A stretch of 64,000 bases of DNA from assembly GCA_002104905.1 (NCBI GenBank), contig MCFE01000263.1:1-64000 (forward strand), given 5' to 3'. Shown in pieces: positions 37,738 to 48,860 of the stretch. A model generated the notes under the pieces. The model searched no databases. It was given only the letters and a program-made list of their open reading frames with translations, and was not told where the DNA came from. Position numbers and translations under genes: made by a program. Numbering within the stretch: the first letter of the stretch is position 1; the number at the start of each line of letters is the position of its first letter. Source of the DNA: Basidiobolus meristosporus CBS 931.73 (Eukaryota > Fungi > Basidiobolomycota).

Positions 37738-40700
37738 TGATGTAAAATTTGTATTTTGACCTAAATATTCACCTAACTTAGTCACTTAGATCATCACCTT
37801 CATATCCTAGAGAATACTGACCAAAATTCCTTGTTGGGATTTACTTACAATATTTTCACCAAAATACCAGGTACTCAGAACATGAAAATTCTCAAAGTTG
37901 TCCACACAGCCCCAAACTTTGCACACATGTTCTTGGGACCTTCCTTAACCTATTTTACGCATTTGTTATGCCAAGACCAGGTAAAAGTGTAAATGCTACT
38001 TTTACATTCAATAAATCATCAAGTGAAAACCACATAATTCACTTGTCCTCCCAATCACTCCCAATATCCCCAAGACTCTTACAACAGGTTATGAGCCCCA
38101 AGCTGTCACTCTCTGCAATGTCTACTACTGCTATTACTTGAATTTTTCCCTCTGCTGAAAAGTTGGAAGGATCTAACCACCAAGTGTGGAAGGTAAAGAT
38201 GAAGATGCTGCTACAAGAAAGAGACCTTTGGGATATTGTCATGGGAGAAGAATGCCCTCCTAAAAGCATGGGAGAGGAAGCCTTAAAGTACCAGAAGAAA
38301 GAACAAAGTGCCTTTAACTGCATTTGCCTTAATGTTAAAGACAAATTGCTAATTCAATGCTCCAGAGCAAAGAAAGCAAAGAATGCCTGGAAGGCATTAG
38401 AAGTCACCTACCAGTCATGTTCAGCTGCCAAGACAATGTATCTGAGACAAAAATTCTTTACTACAAAGATGCAGCCTGGAGAAGAAATGAAAAATCTAAT
38501 TAACAGAATGACCCTGCTGGTGGATGAGATGGAATCTGGGGGCATACCAACTACTAATGAGGATGTGATAGTTACCATCCTGACTAGCCTGACAGACAGG
38601 TTTTAGGGCCTTGTATCAGCCCTAGAGTCCAGCACTGAAGATTTGACCTTAAATTACATATATGGAAGGCTCCTGCATGAGGAATTAAGAAAATCAAGCA
38701 CCAATAAGAAGGAAGAAGAAAATGCTTTGATAAGCAATGATAACCAACAAAGAAGGTACCCAAGACCCTACAAAGGCAACAGCAACCCGTTTTGTAACTA
38801 CTGTAAAAGGAAAGGACACACATCAGACCGGTATCTCAAAAAGAAAGATAATCAGCAAAAGAAGCCTGAATATGGAAATGCTCCAACAACTGAAGATATA
38901 CTATTCATATCTGCACTAAAAGTGACCACAAACAAGGATTCTCAGACATGCTATAATGACTTTGGAGCATCTCTACACTTTACACACCAAAAAGAACTTT
39001 TTACCCAATATTAAGAAATTCCAATTAAGAAGGTTTTCATGGGTGACAATAGAACACTTGATGCAGTGGGAGAAGGAACTATCCAAGTAAACCTAAGAAG
39101 CAATGCAGGAAGCCATATACTGACCTTTAAAGAAGTACTCTATGTACCAGAAATAGCCAAGAGCCTACTATCTGTCAGCAAGGTCACTGCAGATGGACTC
39201 AATTTCAGCTTTGACAATTCAGGATGCAAGATCACTGATCAAGATGGTGCCCATATTGCTTTGGGTATCAGAGATCAGAACCTATACATGTTGACTTATA
39301 TTCCATCATATTTGGAAGCCAATAAAAGTAACTCAAATGAAGAAACACCAATGCTTTGGCACAAGAGACTTGGGCACATCAATTTTGATTATTTGTGCAA
39401 AATGATCAAAGATCAGCTAATTTCTGGAGTGAAAACTGAGGGTGTAACCAATTTAATTGGATGGGGATAAGAATGGGATGGACATGGATAGTTTAGTGGG
39501 ATATTTTTTAAAAGGCAGAGGACTCTACAACTGTGGTCAGCCAGAATCAGTGCCCAGGAATATTGCAGAAGTGATCATTCCAGTATCATATGCCCAGATA
39601 TCCAATTGGACAAGAAATAGCCCAAATTACTATATCAATGAGGGTACAAACTTAGCCTATGCCTATTCAGTCCATATTGATGAATCCCAGACTGTAAAAG
39701 AGGCCCTAAATAGCCCTCAGACAAAGTTTTGGAGATCTGCAATGACTGAGGAATATCAGGCCCTGATGGAAAATCAAACTTGGGACTTAGTCAAATTACC
39801 AATCAACCAAAAATTAATTGGATGCCGATGGGTCTTGAAGACAAAATACAAGGCCAAAGGTACAATTGAAAGATACAAAGCAAGACTTGTAGCCAAAGGA
39901 TACTCTCAAACAAAAGGACTTGACTACACTGAGACCTTTGCACTGGTAGTCAAGTTTAATTCCATCAGATAAATATTGGCTATTGCAGCCAAATATAACT
40001 TTTCTATTGATCAAATGGATGTAAAAACTGCATTTTTGAATGGAGAACTTGATGAGGATGTGTATATGGACCAGCCTGATGGGTTTGTTGACCAAGATAA
40101 CCCCCATTTGATCTGCAAGCTTAAAGAGTCACTATATGGTCTCAAACAATCACCAAGAGCCTGGAATTGCAAGATAGATTCTTATTTGGAATCTTTGAGT
40201 TTCAAAAGAAGTAATGCTGACTATAGTATATACTCTAAGCCAGGTAGAGCAAATCCAGTTCCATTAGCTCTATATGTGGATGATCTTATTATAGCCACCA
40301 ATAACCTAGAAACATTGGAAAAGACTAAATCCAGCATATCTAAGGAGTTCAAGATGTCCAATCTAAGAGAACTTAATTACTACTTAGGGATTAAGTTCTC
40401 CATAGACAGAAGTACCCAGACTATCACTGTAAGCCAATCCAAGTATATTCAAGATATACTAAAGAAGTACAAAATGGAAGACTGTAAACTGGCAGCTAGC
40501 CAAATGGATATAAACCTTAACTTGGTCAAAACTCAACCAAATCAAGAGAGCTTGGTGCCATCTGAAAGCCCTGACTTTCCTTATCAATCTATGGTCAGCA
40601 GTCTGATGTATATCATGCTTGGAACACATCCAGATATCTCATATTCAGTGGGAGTTGTCAGCCAACATAATCAGAACTATGGATCTGATCATATTGCAGC

Positions 40701-41617
40701 AGTTAAGCAGATTTTTAGATACCTAAAAGGAACTGCTGATATCTGCTTAAGATACACGTATAAAGATTCAGAACAGGATCTTGTGTGATACTCTGATGCT
40801 GATTGGGGACAAAACTTAGAAGACAGAAGATCCACCACAGGATACACCTTTTGTTACTGTAAAGGAGCAATTTCATGGAATTCAAGAAAGAAAGCAACCA
40901 ACCGTAGCACTTTCCACCACAGAGGCAGAGTATATGGCAGCCTGTGAAGCTACAAAAGAAGCAATGTGGTTAAGAAATCTTTTTACTGATTTAGGCCTAT
41001 GTCAAAAAACACCTATTACTTTATTTCAAGATAATCAAGGATGTATACAATTAGGTAGAAATCCAACTTTTCATGCTAGAACCAAGCCCATAGATATTAG
41101 ACATCAATTCATATGTGAAGATATAGAGAATAACTTAGCTAGCTTAGTTTACTGTCCTATAGATGAAATAATTGCAGACATATTTACCAAACCATTAGCT
41201 AGAGACAAGTTTGAATATCTTAGATCAAAATTAGGACTAGTCAGTATGAACATTTAGCTGAGTGGGAGTGTTGCAAAAATTTGTATTTCCACCTAAATAT
41301 TCACCTAACTTAGTCACTTAGATCATCACCTTCAAATCCTAGAGAATACTGACCAAAATTCCTTATTGGGATTTACTTAAATTATTTTACCAAAATACCA
41401 GGTACCCAGAACATGAAAATTCTCAAAGTTGTCCAAACAGCCCCAAACTTTGCACATATGTTCTTGGGACCTTCCTTAACCTATTCTATGTGTTTGTTAT
41501 GCCAAGACCAGGTAAAAGTATAAATACTACTTTTACGTTCAATAAATCATCAAGTGAGAACCACATTATCTACTTGTCCTCCCACTCACTTCCAATATCT
41601 CCAAGACTCTTACCACA
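37738..41617 (+). mobile_element. Copia C1 element, both LTRs, 5-bp TSD AATGG, integrase core deleted
   Basis: LTRs 37738-38086 and 41269-41617; PBS GGTTATGAGCCC; gag, protease, RT (270-aa open piece with YVDD) and RNase H fragments. Confidence 0.95.
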
Positions 41618-42862
41618 AATGGGACAATCATAGGGTTTATGTGCTGGGAATAGTTCTCTTTTCTTCATATCAAAGACATGGACATGCCCTTAATACTTGG
41701 CAGGTAGTTCATTGGAGGGGGCTCCTTCAGTGATGATGGGCTCTGGGGTCTGGTGTAGCTTGGGAAAATATACTTCTTCACCTGAGAAGTCAGGTGCTTT
41801 CATGGAGCTGACATGGTGAACTCTAAAGAATGTCAGGGTTTTGGACTTCCTGTTTATAGCAGGGTTATGGTTTTTGTAATTACTGAATTGTCATCTAAAT
41901 ATTCATGCTAACTTAGTCACATAGATCTTATTCTGTGATTAGCATTTTGTCCTGACTAGATTTCTTGTTGGGATTTACTTAGAATATTTTCACCAAATTG
42001 TCAGGTACCCAGATTATTATTTTTCTCAGAGTCATCCAAAAGACCCCAAACTTTGCACACATATTCTTGGGACCTTCCTTAACAAACTCTACACGTTTGT
42101 TTCCTCTACTTTATCAAAAGTATAAATACCATACTTTTGATCAATAAATCTACAAGTGAATAACATGAAATCCTCTAGTTCTCCACATCACTTCCAATAC
42201 TCCTCAGAATATTGCAACAGGCTATGAGCCCCAAGCTCACTGTCCTCTTGGTGTCTATTTTGCCTTGTACTCTTTTTCTGCTAGTCTGGAGAAAGACTTT
42301 CCGCACTATTGCCCTGCTAAGGCTAAGAAGACTACCGCTGCTAAAGGACTATGTTTATGAGGATATTGCTGTGGAGAAGAAGGCCTTGCCTTCAAAAGAT
42401 ACCTTCAATAACTACTCAAGCTAGTTATGAAGAAGAGTCAATCAAACTGGCATGTAATTATATCAAGAAATATAGTACATTGGTGCACTACCACTACTGA
42501 AGAGAATTGGGTAATTCCAGCAATTGAAGGGTTCAGATCTACAATGAAATATACTGCAATATGTATTCATATGACCCATATTGACTGTTAGACAAGTTTT
42601 GGATAGGATATTATCCTGAATTGCAAAAAAAAATAGATCATCATTGAATGATTGCCCAAGGGGAATCTTACCAAAATCTGTTGCCACTCAAAATACAGCT
42701 GAGAATGCAAGTACTGGAGTTGTTAACCGCCATTCTGGACTATCTATTGATGGAAAAAGATCTCAGAAACAATCTCCCTGAACTGTAAGGATCCCAATGA
42801 TATATAATACATATATATTCACCTGGAGTATGGATATGTACTACACAATCCATTGGAAGAAT

Positions 42863-44105
42863 TGTGGTAATGGAAAGTATTCCATTACTACAATATCTCT
42901 AAACCAATATTGCACTCATTTCTTTATTTTGCTTTTTGCTATCGTAACACACAAAAGAAAGATCAAGAATTTCCAACTTTGAAGAGCAAATGCTCCAGAC
43001 CCTGACAAGCAATCCACCCAAGAATATTATGTCATACAGAGCACGTAGTAGCCAACACATGTTTCAAATTACAGCTCATTTGAAGCAGTACTTAAGGAGT
43101 TATGACCAAAAGAGTCCAACTATTATATATACTATGCCTTATTGCTAGGATTACTATGGTGACTTTGATCGCGTGTAACTTTTGAACCAGCCAATCATAT
43201 CACGTGAAATTTTCACAGGTGCTGCGCCTATGTCCGATCTGCGCCACTGCAAAATTTTAGCTTCGTATCACGTGTATTGCTTGCGCAATCGCCCAAAAAC
43301 TTTGATCCTTCAAAATTTTCATATATATGACTTCCCCAGCTGAAAAATAAAGGGAGAGCCTCTCTTTCCAGAATCTCCACACTACAATTACAAGTTTAAA
43401 GGTTATAAGACTTCCCCTGCATCACTTGCACTGTTGAGTATTCTGACTTTGATTGGTACTACATCAGTAAAGAGACTGCAAAGCTCACAAGAATCCAATC
43501 TAAGTTCTACAAGAAACTACCACTTTTCTGTTGGAAAAGTCCCCTCTAAGAAACCCCTTTACTCTAAAGACACCCCTTTAGACACCCCTTTAGTCTAAAG
43601 ACCCCTTTAGAGACCCCTTTAAGAAACCCCTCTACTCTAAAGAAGCCCCTTTAGGCACCCCTTTAGTGTAAAGTCCACTTTAGAGACCACTACAAGAAGC
43701 CCCTTTACTCTAAAGACACCCCTTTAGACACCCCTTTAGGTCTAAAGACCCCTTTAGAGACTTCTACAACACACCCCTTTAGGTTAAAGGGGAGTTCAGA
43801 ATTTCCATATTAGGAAATATTTTCTCAGAAAGGAAAGTGACTTCCAAATAAGGAAAAGTTACTATAAAAGTAAATAAGCCCATTAGTCGACAGAAGGTCA
43901 GAACACTGCTGTAGAAGTGATAAACACTGCCTAAAGTATATTTTGAGCCCAAGATTGAGGAAATTAGTGAAAGTTATATCTTCTATCGGTATATCAAACT
44001 CCCAATAAGCTATTTCAGTATTAGCATACTGGAAGTTGTTGTATATTGTTGATTAGCCTCTACATTGTAGAACAAGCCCCAAACTAATCATAATACAACA
44101 CAACA
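42863..44105. mobile_element. 1243-bp TG...CA insertion with 4-bp TSD GAAT (probable solo LTR of an unseen Ty3 family)
   Basis: GAAT|TGTGG...CAACA|GAAT. The second cargo copy has the empty site TTGGAAGAATGCTGTAG. Confidence 0.8.
43540..43792. repeat. Tandem array of (A)CCCCTTTAG motifs in ~72-bp higher-order units
   Basis: About 14 CCCC runs; three units starting AAGAA(A/G)CCCCT at about 43549, 43621 and 43694. Confidence 0.9.
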
Positions 44106-47100
44106 GAATGCTATAGTTGTATCAAGTGTTTTGATACTGAAACCAGTGTACCAGGAGCTAAATATGGGGCCGTTAGACGTGCTATCACTCTGTTTAAGTC
44201 TCAAAACAGTGGGAGATAGTATTATACAAATTTAGCAAAATCAACTCAAGAAGATTCTACCGCCAGCCAAAAGAGTGAGGCATATAATTGCAAGCCTGAT
44301 TGGAGTATACAACCAAGCAACAGTTGGTCAGTACACAGCTAAGAGCCACTCAGAAGATAACATAGTACTTTATACTTCTTATATATATATCACTTATTAC
44401 AGTGGGAGAAAACACTTGGTGATATTTAACTTCTCTGGATCATATCAGAGGAATTTTGATTGATCAAGTCACTGCCAAGCTCCGCAACTCAAAATACTGA
44501 TATATTGGAGTCTGATATCAAAGTATTGATGAAGCCAGCTATCAAATGCAATTTATTTGATCAAATTTGGTTGGCTCTATCAAATGTTATGACTGATCTA
44601 AGTGGATGCCAATTTTGATTATTTCACTCTCAAATAGTCAGATATTCTAGAACAATAATGTCATGGAGACTCTTGTGCTTAAAAACACCATGGTACCACC
44701 TACAAGGAAGTCCAGAATCACCCCACAAAAGGAATTATCCCTGGGTCATCAGCAGAAAAAGAAAAGAAGAAAAAATGGAATATACTAATACCGCAAACTA
44801 GGGTACTTCCCAAATGAAGCCAAAGCTTATGTAGGCCATATTTGGACTATCTGGCAATGCAGATATGTTCTATGGAGCCTCTTGTACAAAGTTCTCAAGC
44901 CAGAAACCCCAGAAAAGTCTTGAAATTTCAACAGGATCTGTCAGATATTGTAGTATATATTTGAACAGATTATTTAATGCAGAAGTCTTGATGTCTGCTG
45001 TCTATGGAGCTGAAAGAAAAAGGTGCAAGGATCAACCAGATGGTTTTTATGAATTCTGAAGACACTGAGAAGATCAGTTAGCCTTGGAAACCAAGCTCAA
45101 GGTTCAAAATAACTATCAGGAGAATAAGGATAATCAAAGCCCTTGTTAAGGAGAATCTCACTTCTGGAAAAGCGCCAATCTCTATTCTACAAGTATATTC
45201 TGATAAGACAAAAGCAGCTGTATCAATCCAAATCAGTAGAAGCACTCTAAAAATAGCTATCAAATAACCTATGGTGTTGTCCAATACCAAACTGGGTAAA
45301 TCAAGAAGCAAATGGACTTTGAATCTACCGCAAATGAAGTAATCAGTCCAAAGAAAGTTATTGCTATTGAAAGAAGACAAAGATGACCATTCTAGATCCT
45401 ATTTGTGGATCTGAATCACTAAACAGACGTGGTTCAAGTGGGAGCAGGCCATCTCAGCTCAGAGTTGAGCAAAAACCTTCTTTTTTGGCCATGCTATATG
45501 TGCCACAATGCCAGGAAACAAGGATAATCCAGATCAGGCGTAAATGACAAAACCTTAACTTGACCCAAAGTAGGTCACTATTTTTTACCTCATATAGCAT
45601 CTATATGATGGAAGTAACTGTCCCTGAGCCTAATATGGACACACAGTGAAGTTGTCTAAATGGATTAGACTGCTGGCTGGAAATAAGGAAACTCCAGATC
45701 TGCCGTAAATGACAAAACCTTAACTTGACCAAAAGTGGGTCAATTTTGCTCAAATAAGAAGCATTGGATAGCCCAGAGGCTAAATACCATTATTACAATC
45801 TGTCAATTAGACTCAGTCTATTATTCAAGCCCGTACAACTGATCAAAGTTGATGATTAGTATTATGATCAGATCATTCAAATTTTTTAGGCATATTGCTA
45901 AGTAGATGTGCATATTGAATTCCAAGTTACTTGTTCAATTAAGTTAAGCACAAATGCATACACTGTTGGATAAAATATTAGTCCAGTATGCAACACAGTT
46001 AAATCTTATAAGCTTATTACACATTGCACACTCTCAATATGTATTTATTACTCATGAATATTTTGTTGCGTAGGAGTGTTGTAATTATTGAATTGTCACC
46101 TAAATATTCATGCTAACTTAGTCACATAGATCTTATTCTGTGATTAGCATTTTGTCCTGACTAGATTTCTTGTTGGGATTTACTTAGAATATTTTCATCA
46201 AATTGTCAGGTACCCAGATTATTATTTTTCTCAGAGTCATCCAAAAGACCCCAAACTTTGCACACATATTCTTGGGACCTTCCTTAACAAACTCTACATG
46301 TTTGCTTCCTCTACTTTATTAAAAGTATAAATACCATACTTTTGATCAATGAATCTACAAGTAAATAACATGTAAATCCTCTAGTTCTCCACATCACTTC
46401 CAATACTCCTCAGAATATTGCAACAATGGTGACTATGCAATGAGCTTCCAAGGACTATGGAGTAGTGGGGAGAGTTGATGATGTTGAAGGCTATTGTCTC
46501 ATGGTGACCAGTACTGGACAGCTGGAGTAGACAGGCCTCATGGGTAATGGCACCAGAGGAAAGGGATCTTCCATCAATAACTTCTACTTGAACAGGACAG
46601 GATTTCAGGATAGTGGGGATCTTGTGCTTCTGGACAAGGGACTGGTCAATGAAACAGGATGAAGCACCAGTATCTATGAGGGCAAGGACATGGACAGGAC
46701 TGTACTCAGGGATATGGGTTTTGAGAGACATTCTTAACAACTGGATGGACTTGGTAGCATATGATGTTTCTTGTGTGTGTTGAATTTTCTTTGGAGGGTC
46801 CAGTTGCAAGCCTGTCATTTTAACTGGACACTGGAGTTTCCCAACAATTCTAGAGAAGGCTGCTCACTGGATGATTGCAGGAGTTTGAAGCTGAACTTCT
46901 TGTTGGGACAAGACATGGCAAAGTGGCCTGGTTGGCAACAGTAAAGGCAGAGGTTTGCTGTTGATGTCTGGATCTTTCTTCTTTTGCAAGTTTCTTGTAT
47001 TTGGCACTGCCAATTTGTATAGGATTATCAGGCTTAGTACTTGGTGACTTGATTACTGGCAAGGAGGCTGGCTGATAAGTATGTTGGAGCTTCTGTTTCT

Positions 47101-47813
47101 TCTGGAAAAGGCAATTGTCACATTGGATTGCTTGATGTATTGCTTCACCCAAGGTAGTTGGGTCAGGCGGTGTGAGTAGTAGGTCACTGACTTCATAATT
47201 GGGTCCATCTTGAAACTGACTAACTAGGGCAGTATCACCCCAAAGGCTCAATCCACTAGCTAGTAGCCAGAATTCAGAAGCATACACAATCACAGGTCTG
47301 TTTCCTTGCTACAAGTTCTTGGTCTTGTTGGCATCAGTTCTGGCTTGGTCAATGTTGCCTAATGTTAGCTCCATTTCTGTGAGGAGGGGATGATAGTCAC
47401 TGAGTAGAGGGGAGTTGGCTTTCATCAAAGGGGAGAACCATTTCTGGGTAGTTCCAGTGAGCAGTTTAGGGATATATCCAACTTTTGCTTGATCTGTTCA
47501 GAACCAATTGGGTTGCAGCAACAAGTGGTGCTCAACTATGTTGATGAAACCTCAGAACTTATTTTGGCAGCCAATGAACTCGGTGGTGGAAGGGATCTTT
47601 GGATAATGGTAGGATGGAGTATGGATAGGCTATTGAGTATTTTAGCTCTGAAGCTGTGCAACAGTGTTTCTGAGATCTGCAATGCCTTGTTGCAGCTGGG
47701 CAAAGACAGCCATGATGCTTGCAACAATGTACTCTGGACTGGACATGTTGGGGTAGCAGGAGGTGGAGAGGTTTCTTGAGCTTCTTCAAGAGTACTGGAT
47801 GCTACTAGCTAAT

Positions 47814-48024
47814 AGACTTGTTCCATTGTGCCATTGATTAAAGTGCCAGAAAGTGCTGTATAATTTGCTATTAATTTGATATTTTAGGGTTGTATGCATG
47901 TCAATTTTGATCCCAAATTGGCACTGTATGGCACCATCTGGCACTCTGTGGCATGATCAGGCACCATCTGGCATGCTATGGCACTATTGGGCACTATGAT
48001 CAGCTGGAATGATGGAACAAGTCC
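47814..48024. mobile_element. 211-bp mini-MITE with the same termini as the palindrome family, TSD AAT
   Basis: AAT|AGACTTGTTCCA...TGGAACAAGTCC|AAT; internal 10-bp periodic TGGCAC array. Confidence 0.85.
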
Positions 48025-48051
48025 AATATATGGGTTATAAAGCTACTAGAT

Positions 48052-48860
48052 TGTCACAAATACAATTATTGAGCTACAATTCCTAACCTTGAATAAGTTA
48101 AGAACACTTCACCATGTAGTGGCTTTGACATCCTTTGATAGAGTATTGTACTAAGGCTTCCAATACTGTAACAGCTGTAGACTACACCAGCAGGGTATTA
48201 AAGTGAATGCAGCTTTGGCCAATAATTTTGCAAAGATGAAATATCCTTGCCTTTAGAGGACAAGACTAGGGAAAGATATAGGGTGATACTGACAGTAGGT
48301 ATTCCTTTACAAGTTCTTCTCAAGAACTTTAGGTAGAAGGTAAAGATCCACAGGTAAGTCAAGAGGTGTCTGATAAAGCTGTTATGAAATGACACAAGGC
48401 AGGACCAGGAAAGGACTTAGGTGTGGATCAACAAGGCAAGGCTGTTTATTCAAGACCTGTGATTATCAGACTGAGGAACACATAAGGGGGATATATCTAT
48501 ATATTACTTTTTGGCAATATAGATGCCATGAGATATTGGCTAATAATGATGGGTTTTGGGGCAAGGCACAGTAAGTGTGCCAAGATAGAAATATACTAAA
48601 GAACAGACTAGAACATTACATGGGGATATGACATGAGTCAGCTAATCATGCTACTAGGTTATGCAACATGCAACTACCATAAATGGTAGTGAGCTACATA
48701 ATTTCCAAAGGGAAGCTTCCATAGAATGTTCCATTGTGTAATGTAGACTTGGAGCTTTCCAGAAGTTGCTAGAATGCAGTAGAACTTTCTAGAAGGAACT
48801 GCAATCTCTTCACCAACTAGATTTGGTAAAATCATGTAAGGTCAAGGATGTTATGAGATC
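48052..48860 (-). repeat. Probable 5' LTR/leader of the family G1 Ty3 element
   Basis: Non-coding, upstream of gag, begins TGTCAC on the plus strand. No second copy in the window and the far boundary is unclear. Confidence 0.4.

Larger units (their letters stand above)
42357..45410 (+). pseudogene. Decayed intronless ORF of unknown function (cargo), split by the 42863-44105 solo LTR
   Basis: One frame reads MRILLWRRRP...FWIGYYPE...CC.S...ECKYWSC...HLEYGY...ECYSCIKCF...YHLLQWEK for over 300 codons with stops but no frameshift. The frame is paralleled in the 52754-53780 copy. The 3' extent is uncertain. Confidence 0.6.
41872..46425 (+). mobile_element. Non-autonomous copia-LTR element carrying an unknown ORF instead of gag-pol; 5-bp TSD ATGGT
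   Basis: LTRs 41872-42219 and 46077-46425 (about 10 differences); PBS GGCTATGAGCCC; ATGGT on both flanks. No gag, protease, integrase, RT or RNase H motifs seen inside. Confidence 0.88.
36667..48051 (-). mobile_element. Degenerate Ty3 (Tf2-like, family G1) element carrying three nested insertions
   Basis: RT/RNase H 36667-37737, linker 41623-41866, protease ALIDTGA 46431-46820, gag with PDPTTL and a CCHC remnant to about 47800. Segments rejoin collinearly with 4932-6560 across the TSDs. Confidence 0.87.

Noticed and set aside
42870-43110. Apparent hAT dimerisation-domain remnant, plus TRW and IDE motifs near 44520-45050
   Set aside because: The first piece lies inside the solo-LTR insertion. 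The others are in frames not preserved between the two cargo copies, so they are probably chance motifs.
43540-43792. CCCCTTTAG array as a CRISPR array or interstitial telomere
   Set aside because: No unique spacers and no cas genes, in a eukaryotic context. The G-rich strand is CTAAAGGGG, not a TTAGGG-type repeat, and the array lies inside a TG...CA insertion.
42357-44650. Reading cargo TGA codons as Trp (genetic code 4; mitochondrial or mollicute origin)
   Set aside because: TAA and TAG stops also occur, TGG is used for Trp, and a TGA/CAA pair between copies points to CGA deamination.
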